Source: Bacteroidota bacterium (GTDB lineage: Bacteria > Bacteroidota > Bacteroidia > Bacteroidales > WCHB1-69). Taken from it: 59,529 bases of DNA. Of this stretch, positions 9,508 to 19,133 are shown piece after piece. The notes under the pieces are model-generated. The model saw only the letters and a program-made list of their open reading frames with translations. It did no database searches and was not told the origin of the DNA. The stretch spans positions 1-59,529 of the forward strand of contig JAEWNB010000061.1 of assembly GCA_023392945.1 (NCBI GenBank), written 5' to 3'. Position 1 is the stretch's first letter, and every line of letters starts with the position of its first letter. The position numbers were made by a program, and so were the translations under genes.

Positions 9508-10527
9508 ATGAAAAAAAATCTCGCTATTGCATTGTTCCTTTTATTATGCCTGAATTTATTTAGTCAGGAAACCCCTTCTAATGATAAACATCCGGGTGAT
9601 AGTTTGAAAAAAGAGGCATTTAAATTTTCAGGGAAACCTATTGTGTTACTATATACAAATTTTCATTATGGATTTGCAAATGCTATGGGAAATACCGGTT
9701 TTGAACTGGAAAGATCTTATTTTGGCTATCAGTTTAATATTTCATCGGACTGGTCTGCAAAAGTGGTTCTTGACATTGGAAACCCTAAGTTGTCAGGATC
9801 TGACCTGGAAAGAATTGCCTATGTAAAAAATGCTATGATTAGTTGGACTCCTGGAAATTTTACGTTGAATGCAGGCTTGGTCGGCTTGGAACAAGTTGGT
9901 TTGCAAGAGAAGTTTTTCGGTTATCGATATGTCATGAAATCGTTTCAGGATGAATATAAATTCGGATATACTGCGGATTTGGGAATTGTGGCAAAATATA
10001 AATTTGCCAATTGGGTATCTGCCGATGTTACCTTTATTAATGGTGAAGGATATAAGAAATTGCAAGCAGATAATAAATTCAGATACGGAGCTGGTATTAC
10101 TCTTAATCCCTGTAAATTATTGACTTTCAGAGTTTATTACGACAGGGCTGACCATCAGGATGTGGATACGTTAGGAAAAGCACAGGAAAACCTCTCTCTG
10201 TTTTTAGGATTAAAAAACGATTATTTCTCTGTCGGTGCAGAATGGAACGACCTTTTTAATGCAAATTTTGTCAATGCCAAACATCAATATGGAAGTTCCC
10301 TCTATTTCAGAGTAAAACTGCCTAAGAACTTTGAACTTTTCGGTCGCTGGGATTATCTCTTTTCTAATAATGATTGGAATCTTGCAAAGGATGGACAAAT
10401 TGCATTTTTGGGCTTTCAGTATAGCCCCATTAAATATGTTAAAATTGCTCCAAATTGTCAATTGGAAATTCCCAAATCAGGCAAAATTGAGGGGTTGGTT
10501 CGTGTTAATTTAGAAATTGCGCTGTAA
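9508..10527 (+). CDS. Putative outer-membrane porin, possibly phosphate-selective (OprO/P-like)
   Basis: Signal peptide and alternating beta-strand pattern rich in aromatic/Gly residues. Divergent from the pst operon. The family assignment is not verified. Confidence 0.5.
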   Translation: MKKNLAIALFLLLCLNLFSQETPSNDKHPGDSLKKEAFKFSGKPIVLLYTNFHYGFANAMGNTGFELERSYFGYQFNISSDWSAKVVLDIGNPKLSGSDLERIAYVKNAMISWTPGNFTLNAGLVGLEQVGLQEKFFGYRYVMKSFQDEYKFGYTADLGIVAKYKFANWVSADVTFINGEGYKKLQADNKFRYGAGITLNPCKLLTFRVYYDRADHQDVDTLGKAQENLSLFLGLKNDYFSVGAEWNDLFNANFVNAKHQYGSSLYFRVKLPKNFELFGRWDYLFSNNDWNLAKDGQIAFLGFQYSPIKYVKIAPNCQLEIPKSGKIEGLVRVNLEIAL

Positions 10528-10540
10528 GAAAAATAGAATT

Positions 10541-11551
10541 CTATTTATTTAAAGAACAATTGTTTTCAAATCGAATAACGCAATTTTCTCCCACTTCCAT
10601 TTGACAGAAACAGCCTAAACGTAAAGCGTAATTATTCCGCACATGTCCGACAGGGGCATTGAACAAAATAGGGTAGTGATAGTCCCGGCAATTTTCAAGT
10701 ACAATTTCTTCAATTTTCTTTCCCATCGCCACACCATCGGTCTGAATTTCTTTCAATCTCACAAATTCGCCTACTATCAAACCTGCCAGATGTTCCAACT
10801 TGCCGGCACGCCGCAATTCAGTCAGCATACGGTCAATATGATAATAGTATTCGTCGCAATCTTCAATAACTAATATTTTCCCGTCAAACTCCATTTCAGA
10901 TACTGATCCGGTTAGGGAGACCAACAGCGATAAGTTTCCGCCGATAAGTTCGCCTTCAGCATGACCTTTACGATTATAGGAATTGGGAGAGACGTCATAT
11001 TGGAGAGGCTCTCCTGTCAAAGCCCTAATCAGCGATTGAGCAGCTTCGTTGTGGCAATTTTCGGGAGTGATGATGAACGGCATTACCGAATGGATAGAGG
11101 CAGTTCTGTAAATTTTGTTCAGGTGTGAGTGAAAACAGGTAATGTCACTGAATCCGCAAAGCCATTTTGGATGTTGATTAAAAAGTGTAAAGTCGAGACG
11201 ATCTATCAGCTTAAGAGCACCATAACCGCCACGGGTTGCCATAATAGCCTTGACAGACGGATTGTCAAGCATCGACTGAAAGTCAGCCAGTCGTTCCTCA
11301 TCGGTCCCTGCATATAGGCTGCTTTTTTTAGTATCCATACAATTCCCGATCAAAACTTTAAAGCCAAGGCTATCCAGCCATTTCAAGGCAAATTCAATCT
11401 CATTGATATTCTGCTTGTAGGATGGTGCCACCAGTCCGATAGTATCTCCCCTTTTGAGATATTCAGGAATAATAATGTCTCTTTCTTTTTGAGAAAATGA
11501 ATTTCCGAAGATTACCACTGAAAGGAGAAAGAGAACGAATGCTTTTTTCAT
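10541..11551 (-). CDS. LD-carboxypeptidase (peptidase S66, LdcA-like) with signal peptide
   Basis: GFSDIT nucleophile-serine motif, 336 aa, N-terminal signal MKKAFVLFLLSVVIFGNSFS. Confidence 0.78.
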   Translation of the reverse strand: MKKAFVLFLLSVVIFGNSFSQKERDIIIPEYLKRGDTIGLVAPSYKQNINEIEFALKWLDSLGFKVLIGNCMDTKKSSLYAGTDEERLADFQSMLDNPSVKAIMATRGGYGALKLIDRLDFTLFNQHPKWLCGFSDITCFHSHLNKIYRTASIHSVMPFIITPENCHNEAAQSLIRALTGEPLQYDVSPNSYNRKGHAEGELIGGNLSLLVSLTGSVSEMEFDGKILVIEDCDEYYYHIDRMLTELRRAGKLEHLAGLIVGEFVRLKEIQTDGVAMGKKIEEIVLENCRDYHYPILFNAPVGHVRNNYALRLGCFCQMEVGENCVIRFENNCSLNK

Positions 11552-11573
11552 AATGGAGAAGAATTATTAAAAA

Positions 11574-11581
11574 CAAAGATA
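11574..11581 (-). promoter_or_regulatory. -7 box TATCTTTG (minus strand) upstream of LD-carboxypeptidase gene
   Basis: The plus strand reads CAAAGATA, 23 nt upstream of ATG 11551. Confidence 0.4.
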
Positions 11582-11646
11582 CAAAAAGGAAAATAAGATG
11601 AGGTAGAGAATGCATGCTATGCAAATATAACAATCAATTTTTTTTG

Positions 11647-11654
11647 TATGTTTG
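11647..11654 (+). promoter_or_regulatory. -7 box TATGTTTG upstream of EEP gene
   Basis: TAnnTTTG match 22 nt upstream of ATG 11676. Confidence 0.4.
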
Positions 11655-11675
11655 TCCGTTTTTATCATGATTTTT

Positions 11676-12509
11676 ATGAAAAAGATTATTTTATCATTTT
11701 TACTTTTCTCATTTGCCGTGACACTTTTTTCACAAGGGGAAGGTGAGCTTTCCATCCTGTCGTTCAATTTGAGGTACAGTGATGGTCATGACAGTCTCAA
11801 TCACTGGAGTTATCGAAAAGAAGCTATTGTAAAAATGATAAATTTAGCAACTCCTGATGTGATAGGCTTCCAGGAAGCTCTTTATGATCAGGTGCAATAT
11901 CTTGACACTAATTGCAGCCAATACCTGCGTGTGGGTGTGGGAAGAGATGACGGCAATAAAAAGGGTGAATTTGCAGCCGTCTATTTTCTAAAAAAGCGTT
12001 TTGCTATTGTGGATTCGGGAAACTTCTGGCTCAGCGAAACGCCCGATGTTCCTGCTGTTGGATGGGATGCAGCCTGCAAAAGAATTGTCACTTGGGTTCA
12101 TTTGGAAGATACGCTGCTGGATAATGAATTTTACCTTTTCAACACCCATTTCGACCATGCCGGCATTAGAGCCCGGAAAGAGTCGGCGCTACTACTGCTC
12201 AAAAAAATTGAAGAACTGGCCTACTGCTTTGAAAATAATATTTTTATTACGGGGGATTTTAATACCGTTAGTGAGGATTCGATTTTTTTGCCGCTGAAAA
12301 AATATTTCAAATTGGCACGTGATGTTGCCCCTGTAACCGATAAAAGTTTCACCTTTAACAATTTCGGAAAAACAGATGAGCCACCTATGGTCATCGATCA
12401 TATTTGGTTTACCAAGCCTGTTCCGGTAGAATTCAGGATCCTGAATGGGAATTACGGAGTTCCATACATTTCAGATCATTATCCTGTGTTGGGTATTTTT
12501 AAATACTAA
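11676..12509 (+). CDS. Endonuclease/exonuclease/phosphatase (EEP) family protein, secreted
   Basis: SFNLRY...GFQE...NTHFDH...GDFN...SDHYPV motif series of the EEP fold. Signal peptide from MKKIILSFLL. Confidence 0.8.
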   Translation: MKKIILSFLLFSFAVTLFSQGEGELSILSFNLRYSDGHDSLNHWSYRKEAIVKMINLATPDVIGFQEALYDQVQYLDTNCSQYLRVGVGRDDGNKKGEFAAVYFLKKRFAIVDSGNFWLSETPDVPAVGWDAACKRIVTWVHLEDTLLDNEFYLFNTHFDHAGIRARKESALLLLKKIEELAYCFENNIFITGDFNTVSEDSIFLPLKKYFKLARDVAPVTDKSFTFNNFGKTDEPPMVIDHIWFTKPVPVEFRILNGNYGVPYISDHYPVLGIFKY

Positions 12510-12702
12510 AAAACCTAGGAATATCCATAATACTTTCCTTTATTAATTTCTTATCCGAAAAATAATCAATCGGATTGGTTGCCGCATTATTGCCAAGGAA
12601 ATTTTTTCGCTTAAACCAATTATAATCAGCGAAGAAATTGAGACAAACAATATGCGGATTTATTTGTTTTATAGATAAATAACAATATAAAATATAAATA
12701 CA

Positions 12703-13470
12703 ATGAAAAAGTTAGAAAATAAAGTATCCATCGTTACAGGAGCAGGAGCTGGCATGGGAAAAGCCATCGCCATCCTGTTTGCTTCGGAAGGAAGCAAGGT
12801 GGTAGCCACAGATATTGACCCCGCTAGACTTGATTTACTGAAAAAAGAAATCAGTGATTCAGGGGGCGAAGTAACAACCCTCGTTGCAGATATGGCTAAA
12901 GAAGATGAAATTGACAATATGATTAATGTTGCAGTTGAAAAATATGGAACATTGGATATTTTAGTCAATAATGCCGGCATAATGGATAATTTTCTGCCTG
13001 TTGCAGAAGTAGATAACCAAATGTGGGAAAAGGTCATGAAAGTAAATCTTGAAGGTCCGTTTAAGGCAATGCGAAGTGCAATAAAAATATTCCTTGCCAA
13101 AGGAAGTGGAAACATCATTAATATTGCCTCTCTTGGGGGATTGAAAGGGGGTGTTGCAGGTGCCGCCTATACTACAAGTAAACATGCCTTGATAGGATTG
13201 TCGAAAAATACCGGCTATCTCTATTCTAAATCAGGAATCCGCTGTAATACCATTGCCCCGGGGGCTGTCAATACAAGTATATCCGATACTATTGACTTTA
13301 GTAAAATCACTTCTCTTGTAAACGAAAGAATTATGACGGGAATGGCTCTTAATCCCAGATTCGGAGAATCTTCAGAAATAGCTACTGCTGCTCTGTTTCT
13401 CGCTTCCGATGATTCCAGTTTCGTAAATGCGCAAGTTCTCGTAGTTGACGGAGGCTGGAGCTCCTATTAA
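12703..13470 (+). CDS. SDR family oxidoreductase (classical short-chain dehydrogenase)
   Basis: TGAGAGMGKA (TGxxxGxG), NNAG, YTTSKHA (YxxxK). Confidence 0.9.
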   Translation: MKKLENKVSIVTGAGAGMGKAIAILFASEGSKVVATDIDPARLDLLKKEISDSGGEVTTLVADMAKEDEIDNMINVAVEKYGTLDILVNNAGIMDNFLPVAEVDNQMWEKVMKVNLEGPFKAMRSAIKIFLAKGSGNIINIASLGGLKGGVAGAAYTTSKHALIGLSKNTGYLYSKSGIRCNTIAPGAVNTSISDTIDFSKITSLVNERIMTGMALNPRFGESSEIATAALFLASDDSSFVNAQVLVVDGGWSSY

Positions 13471-13635
13471 TGAGTAAGTATGAGAGTGTGTACTCTTTTT
13501 AAGACAAGTAAGTAGAATACATAACCAACTATTTACAATAGTCAAAATAATTCCCAAAGACCGGTTCTTACTAAAAGGATTGGTCTTTACTTTATTCACT
13601 AAAAATGTAAATTTAAAAGAGTGAATTTTTTTCTC

Positions 13636-13643
13636 TATTTTTG
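13636..13643 (+). promoter_or_regulatory. Bacteroidota -7 promoter box TATTTTTG upstream of helicase-nuclease gene
   Basis: Exact TAnnTTTG match about 24 nt upstream of the ATG. Confidence 0.5.
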
Positions 13644-13666
13644 CATTTAACTTAATAGTGCAAGGA

Positions 13667-16600
13667 ATGTTTAAAACCTATAAAGCCTCTGCCGGGTCAG
13701 GAAAAACAACCAATCTGGTTGCTGAATATTTGTCGCTTTGCTTTTCAAATCCGCATAAGTATCGTAATATTTTGGCTGTTACCTTTACCAATAATGCTAC
13801 GGCACAAATGAAGCAACGCATTATCAGCACGTTACAAAATTTTATTTTTGAAACTGACTATAATAACTTACAAGCATCTGATAAAGCTATTTTGAAGTTA
13901 ATTTCTAAAAATCTCCGACTGGCCCACGGACAAAATGAAGACTTTTTTCGTCAAAAATCTAAGGAACTCCTTCAGTTGATTTTATATGATTATCCGAATT
14001 TTTCGATTAGTACTATTGATAGTTTTTTTCAACGTTTGCTGAGGTCGTTTGCACTGGATTTGAAACTGAATCTCAATTATAATCTCGAAATTCAGTTAGA
14101 TGATTTTTTTACTCAGACTATTGATATATTGATGAATAAAATTTCTAGAAATTCCAAAAAATACCATGATTCCGGTCTTACGGACAGAGTGTTGTATTTG
14201 ATGGAAAATAAGATGGATATCAGTGGCAGAAGTAATATTGAAGAAGAGCTGAGAAAGGTGTTGTTCTCGATATATGATGAAAATTCTTATTTGCCGTTGA
14301 AAGAATTAAATAAACTGGAAGAAGAGGAATTCCTCCAAAAATGTAAAATTCATAAGAAAATTACGGCAAAGTTCCGTAATGATGTTGTGAATTTGGCTTT
14401 TGAAGGTGATTATATTATTAAAAGCAGCTCAATTCCGGAATCAGATTTCTATCAGGGAAATAGAGGTCCTTATTCATGGTTTTTAAATTTGGCTATTAAT
14501 CCTGATTCTACTTCTCAGGGTTATATGCAAAAAGCAATTGAACGGGAATCCTTTACCAAAAATAAAGGCGAATTGCCCGACGATGTACACCAACAATTGG
14601 TTGAGTTGTATTATAAAACTGTCGAAGCCCGCGATCGTTATATTTATGCATCCATTTTGTCTCAAAATATTGAATCATTAATGCTCATTTTTGATTTAAA
14701 AAAAATTATGGATGATATTAAGTTGAGAGACAATATTTTCTATCTCAGTGAAACCAATGCTAAAATTTATGATGAGATAAAAGATGAGCAAGCTCCCTAT
14801 ATATACGAAAAATTGGGGAACCGTTATTCCTATTTTTTAATTGATGAATTTCAGGACACTTCTCATTTACAGTGGAGAGATATATTTCCTTTGCTGAAAA
14901 ATGCGCTTTCCGGAAGCAATCAATATCATGAAGAAGGAAAAACTGTCATTTTTGGAGATGTGAAACAGGCCATTTATCGTTTTAGAAACGGGGATGCCAC
15001 TCTTTTGGACAAACTCTCTTCTTTTGAAGGTTATCAAAATGAGTTTGGCTTTCTTGAAAAAGATGATAGTAGGTTTGAGTTGATTTCTTTGCAAACCAAT
15101 TATCGTTCCAATTACAATATTGTTGATTTTAATAATCATTTTTTTACTTATCTAAAGCAGATAACGAATAGGGAACTTCCTGTTTTTCCAATGGCTGAGA
15201 GACTTTATGATGATGTAATTCAAGAGATAAAACCCACTGCCAAATCAGGTTTTGTTTCTATTCAATTTAATTCAGGAGAGTCTGATAAATATGAAGAAGA
15301 AAAGGTGCTTGAGGCTGTTAGGGATGCTCTAAGTAGAGATTATGATTATCAAGACATTGCTGTTTTGACAAAAGATAGGGAAAGGGGAGTCCGCTTGGGA
15401 CAGATGTTATCAGAAAATAATATTCCGGTAATATCTTCTGATACGTTGCTGTTGGGCAACTCGGATAAAGTGAATCTCATTATTGCTACTTTAAAATATC
15501 TTAGTAATAGAGATGATAAATTGTCCAAACTATTTATTGTCAATTATTTAATCAAATTTAAAAATAGCTCCAATAACCTTGAGGATATATATTCTTATTT
15601 AGAAAATGAAGACTCTTTTGCTCGTTTTTTGCTTTTTTTCAATATTACCATTCAAAAAGAGAGGCTTTTGACATTTCCATTATTTACCTTAATAAAAGAA
15701 ATCATTATTTTATATGATTTTTTGGAATCCGATCTCTTTGTTGTTGGGTTGTTGGATGTGGTTTTTGAATACACTTCCAAAAACAATAGCGATTTGACTC
15801 AATTTTTAAACTGGTGGGGAATGCAGGAGGGAAAGCTTTCTATTACTTCCCCGAATAAAAATAATGCAGTTACTGTTACTACAATTCACAAAGCAAAAGG
15901 CCTTGAATATCCTGTAGTCATTATTCCGATAAATCAATATAAAGAGAAATCAAACAATAAGTTATTTTGGTATAAAAATGAAACTGATGAATCCGGATTG
16001 ACATACGTACCGATATCAATTTCCAAAAAATTGTGCGGTACTTCTCTCGAAGAATTGTATGACAACGAATCAGCACTTGCAAGTTTGGATAATCTGAATG
16101 TGCTCTATGTGGCACACACCAGACCCCATGATTGTATGTATATTATTACCGGGAAAAAAGATAGAGGTAATTATTCAAAGTATTTATTTGATTTTTGTGA
16201 CAAAAACAGGGATAATCCACTCTTTCACTTTGAAGAAGATAACCGTATTATATATGGAGATTTAGACTATTGCAAAATTAGTGAAGAGAAAGATAAAAAG
16301 AAAGACAAGATGCAATCGGAACATGGGATTTCCGGAATGCACACTTCGTCTTTTACCCCCGAATCGAAGCAACTTGCTTATCAGCTATTTTCTTCCCCAT
16401 CGACCAAAGAAAAAGAGATCGGTCTTTTTGTTCACAATTTTTTATCTTCATTATCTAAATTTCCTCAAACCTTTCAGGAAATTGAAGAAATGGACTTAGC
16501 CATGGATGAAGAAAAAAGGTCAATGGTTAAAGGTGCCCTGAAAAAAATTATTGCCGATGAAACCCTCAAACCTTATTTTTTTACTGAAGCAGAAGTTTTA

Positions 16601-16798
16601 AATGAAATTTCAATATTAAAAACAGATGGGTCGGTACGACGACCGGACAGGATTGTCATAATGCCGGAGGAAGTGATGGTAATTGATTATAAGACAGGCA
16701 AAGAAAATCCAAAGTATGAAGAGCAGCTAGAAGAGTATAAATCTCTTTTAATTGACATGGGTTATAAAAATGTGCAGGGAAGATTGGTTTTCGTATAA
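13667..16798 (+). CDS. UvrD/AddA-type helicase fused to C-terminal PD-(D/E)XK nuclease
   Basis: Walker A ASAGSGKTT, DEFQDTS (motif II), QTNYRS, TIHKAKGLEYP. C-terminal RPDRIV...VIDYKTGK nuclease motif. An alternative GTG start lies at 13658. Confidence 0.85.
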   Translation: MFKTYKASAGSGKTTNLVAEYLSLCFSNPHKYRNILAVTFTNNATAQMKQRIISTLQNFIFETDYNNLQASDKAILKLISKNLRLAHGQNEDFFRQKSKELLQLILYDYPNFSISTIDSFFQRLLRSFALDLKLNLNYNLEIQLDDFFTQTIDILMNKISRNSKKYHDSGLTDRVLYLMENKMDISGRSNIEEELRKVLFSIYDENSYLPLKELNKLEEEEFLQKCKIHKKITAKFRNDVVNLAFEGDYIIKSSSIPESDFYQGNRGPYSWFLNLAINPDSTSQGYMQKAIERESFTKNKGELPDDVHQQLVELYYKTVEARDRYIYASILSQNIESLMLIFDLKKIMDDIKLRDNIFYLSETNAKIYDEIKDEQAPYIYEKLGNRYSYFLIDEFQDTSHLQWRDIFPLLKNALSGSNQYHEEGKTVIFGDVKQAIYRFRNGDATLLDKLSSFEGYQNEFGFLEKDDSRFELISLQTNYRSNYNIVDFNNHFFTYLKQITNRELPVFPMAERLYDDVIQEIKPTAKSGFVSIQFNSGESDKYEEEKVLEAVRDALSRDYDYQDIAVLTKDRERGVRLGQMLSENNIPVISSDTLLLGNSDKVNLIIATLKYLSNRDDKLSKLFIVNYLIKFKNSSNNLEDIYSYLENEDSFARFLLFFNITIQKERLLTFPLFTLIKEIIILYDFLESDLFVVGLLDVVFEYTSKNNSDLTQFLNWWGMQEGKLSITSPNKNNAVTVTTIHKAKGLEYPVVIIPINQYKEKSNNKLFWYKNETDESGLTYVPISISKKLCGTSLEELYDNESALASLDNLNVLYVAHTRPHDCMYIITGKKDRGNYSKYLFDFCDKNRDNPLFHFEEDNRIIYGDLDYCKISEEKDKKKDKMQSEHGISGMHTSSFTPESKQLAYQLFSSPSTKEKEIGLFVHNFLSSLSKFPQTFQEIEEMDLAMDEEKRSMVKGALKKIIADETLKPYFFTEAEVLNEISILKTDGSVRRPDRIVIMPEEVMVIDYKTGKENPKYEEQLEEYKSLLIDMGYKNVQGRLVFV

Positions 16799-16807
16799 AA
16801 TAATTTG

Positions 16808-16815
16808 TATTTTTG
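16808..16815 (+). promoter_or_regulatory. -7 box TATTTTTG upstream of pyrH
   Basis: Exact TAnnTTTG match 16 nt upstream of ATG 16831. Confidence 0.5.
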
Positions 16816-16830
16816 CGCCAAATAAGAGCA

Positions 16831-17535
16831 ATGAACTATAAACGGATTTTATTAAAATTAAGCGGTGAATCCTTAATGGGGGATGAGAACTATGGATTGG
16901 TTTATCAAGCCGTTAAACACTATGCAAGTGAAATTAAATCTGTTACTGACCTTGGCATTCAGGTAGGAGTTGTGATAGGCGGAGGAAATATCTTTCGTGG
17001 CGTAAAAGGAGCCGGCATCGGTTTTGACCGACGCAAGGGAGATTATATGGGAATGCTGGCAACGGTCATCAATTCTATGGCTTTAGAAGCTGTATTAGAA
17101 GAAATGGCTGTAAAGGTGAAAGTTATGACTGCCTTTGCCATTGAAGGATTTGGTGAAAAAATCTATTATCAAAATGCTGTTCGTTATCTGGAAGATGGAT
17201 ATGTGGTTATTTTTGCCGGCGGAACAGGAAATCCTTTTTTTACAACCGATTCGGGAGCTGCCCTTCGCGCTGTTGAAATAAAAGCTGACGTGTTATTGAA
17301 GGGAACCAGAGTGGATGGAATTTATTCTTCTGACCCTGAAAAAGATCCTGATGCCGTTAAATTTGATGAATTAACTTTTATGGATGCTTATAATAAAGAG
17401 CTTCATATTATGGATTTGACAGCTTTTACTCTTTGTCGTGATAATAATATGCCAATCTGTGTCTTTAATGTCAATGTTAAAGGAAATCTTTTGAAAATTT
17501 CTTCGGGAGAAAAAATTGGCACAATTGTAAAATGA
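16831..17535 (+). CDS. pyrH: UMP kinase
   Basis: ILLKLSGE, GGGNIFRG, TGNPFFTTDSGAALRA motifs. Confidence 0.93.
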   Translation: MNYKRILLKLSGESLMGDENYGLVYQAVKHYASEIKSVTDLGIQVGVVIGGGNIFRGVKGAGIGFDRRKGDYMGMLATVINSMALEAVLEEMAVKVKVMTAFAIEGFGEKIYYQNAVRYLEDGYVVIFAGGTGNPFFTTDSGAALRAVEIKADVLLKGTRVDGIYSSDPEKDPDAVKFDELTFMDAYNKELHIMDLTAFTLCRDNNMPICVFNVNVKGNLLKISSGEKIGTIVK

Positions 17536-17571
17536 TTTCGGGTTTTTAAAAATAATTTTAAACGGTGAATT

Positions 17572-18006
17572 ATGGATGAAAAGATAACCGATTTTCAAAA
17601 TGAAACTTCTGATTTGGTAAATAATGGCCAGGTGGATTCAACCTCCCCAAATTCAGATAATTCCGAGATGGTTGATAAGAAACTTTATAAAAAAGCTACC
17701 CGAAGAGCTGCTTTTAAAATTCATCTCGCCATTTATCTCCTGGTTAATCTGATTTTTTGGTTGATTTGGTTTTTTATTATCAAAAGTGAAGAATCTAATC
17801 CTACAAGTACCAAAACATTAAAGGCTTTGATTTTCTTTACTATTGTATGGTTGTTATTGTTAGTGGGGCATTATTTGGCAGTTTATAGGTGGAACAAAAC
17901 GCTTGTTGAAAAGGAATTGAATAAATTATTGAAAGAAAATAAGGCAAATGAGGAAAAACTGAGAATAGCCAGACAAAAAAACATCAATAGTCAGCAAAGT
18001 AATTAG
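17572..18006 (+). CDS. 2TM-domain membrane protein, function unknown
   Basis: RRAAFKIHLAIYLLVNLIFWLIWFF followed by a second TM helix fits the 2TM domain pattern. Coiled C-terminus. Confidence 0.55.
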   Translation: MDEKITDFQNETSDLVNNGQVDSTSPNSDNSEMVDKKLYKKATRRAAFKIHLAIYLLVNLIFWLIWFFIIKSEESNPTSTKTLKALIFFTIVWLLLLVGHYLAVYRWNKTLVEKELNKLLKENKANEEKLRIARQKNINSQQSN

Positions 18007-18028
18007 AATTTTTTTAATAGATATCACT

Positions 18029-18592
18029 ATGACAGAAGAATCAAAAAAATGTTTCGAGCAGGCTAAGGAAGCAATGAATCTAACTATAACTTTTTTTGAT
18101 AAAGAGTTGCAAAAAGTTCATGCCGGCAAAGCATCTCCCCAGATGCTTGAAGGGTTAAAAGTAGATTATTATGGGAACCCCACCCCAATTGAACAAGTTG
18201 CTAATATCAATACGCCGGATGCCCGTCAGATTATCATTCAACCTTGGGAACGCAATATGCTTTCGGCAATTGAAAAAGCAATTTTAGCTGCCAATTTAGG
18301 TTTTACCCCCCAAAATAACGGGGAATTTATTAGAATTGTGGTTCCAACTCCAACTGAAGAGAGAAGAAAAGAACTAGTCAAAAAAATAAAACAAGATTCT
18401 GAACAAAATAAAGTTAGCATCCGGAATATTAGACGTTCAGCAAATGAAACTGCTAAAAAATTAAAAGATTCCGGACTTCCGGAGGATGAAACTAAAAAAC
18501 TGGAAGATGATATCCAGAAAATTACTGATGAGTATATAGCAAAAATAGATAAAATGGCTGAAGCCAAAGAAAAAGAAATAATGACAGTATAA
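18029..18592 (+). CDS. frr: Ribosome recycling factor
   Basis: 187 aa. VDYYG.PTP, IQPWE and LTEERRKELVK-like motifs. Next to pyrH, as in most bacteria. Confidence 0.95.
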   Translation: MTEESKKCFEQAKEAMNLTITFFDKELQKVHAGKASPQMLEGLKVDYYGNPTPIEQVANINTPDARQIIIQPWERNMLSAIEKAILAANLGFTPQNNGEFIRIVVPTPTEERRKELVKKIKQDSEQNKVSIRNIRRSANETAKKLKDSGLPEDETKKLEDDIQKITDEYIAKIDKMAEAKEKEIMTV

Positions 18593-18604
18593 ATTATCAA
18601 AACT

Positions 18605-18985
18605 ATGAATGTACCAACAAATTTAAAGTATTCAAAAGACCACGAATGGGTAAAAATCGAAGGAGACATCGCTTATATTGGAATTACTGCTTATGCAGCT
18701 GACCAATTAGGAGATATCGTTTTTATTGATGTAACAACAGTTGGAGATAATCTCGACAAAGAAGAGGTTTTTGGAACAATTGAAGCAGTAAAAACTGTAT
18801 CTGATATTTTTATGCCAATTGGTGGTGAAATTATTGAGTTTAATGAAGCACTTGAAGGGAATCCCGGATTGGTTAATACAGATCCCTATGGCGAAGGATG
18901 GATTATAAAAATTAATCCTACCGATGTTTCGGAAATGAATGATTTGTTAGACGCTGATGCTTATAAAGCTTTAATTGGCGAATAA
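18605..18985 (+). CDS. gcvH: Glycine cleavage system protein H
   Basis: 126 aa. YSKDHEWV, lipoyl-lysine motif [15 protein letters not shown]. Confidence 0.93.
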   Translation: MNVPTNLKYSKDHEWVKIEGDIAYIGITAYAADQLGDIVFIDVTTVGDNLDKEEVFGTIEAVKTVSDIFMPIGGEIIEFNEALEGNPGLVNTDPYGEGWIIKINPTDVSEMNDLLDADAYKALIGE

Positions 18986-19007
18986 AAATTTTCTTTTCCA
19001 TTATAGA

Positions 19008-19049
19008 AGTATTAAGTGCATAAAAATTGTCTCTTAATACTTTTTTTTT
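19008..19049 (+). terminator. Rho-independent terminator after gcvH
   Basis: AGTATTAAG ... CTTAATACT stem (9 bp, 16-nt loop) followed by a T-run. Confidence 0.6.
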
Positions 19050-19081
19050 ATCAAAAAAAATGGATGTAAGTAATAAATTGT

Positions 19082-19089
19082 TATTTTTG
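19082..19089 (+). promoter_or_regulatory. -7 box TATTTTTG upstream of tonB-like gene
   Basis: Exact TAnnTTTG match 45 nt upstream of the ATG. Confidence 0.45.
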
Positions 19090-19133
19090 CAGTTCTTAAA
19101 ATAATAGAGTATTAACATCTAAAAACTTTAGAT

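Noticed and set aside
12669-13118. 149-aa minus-strand ORF antisense to the SDR gene
   Set aside because: It lies almost entirely within a well-supported SDR CDS with canonical motifs. The antisense product is low-complexity and hydrophobic with no motif. This is a typical shadow ORF.
13658-16798. UvrD-like helicase-nuclease as part of an anti-phage defence system
   Set aside because: It is flanked by housekeeping genes (SDR, pyrH, frr). There is no partner ATPase, nuclease, methylase or TIR-like gene, and no mobile-element signature. An AddA-like repair role is the simpler reading.
18238-18669. 143-aa minus-strand ORF antisense to frr/gcvH
   Set aside because: A shadow ORF opposite two highly conserved genes. 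Its Ser/Phe-rich composition simply mirrors the Lys/Glu-rich frr codons.
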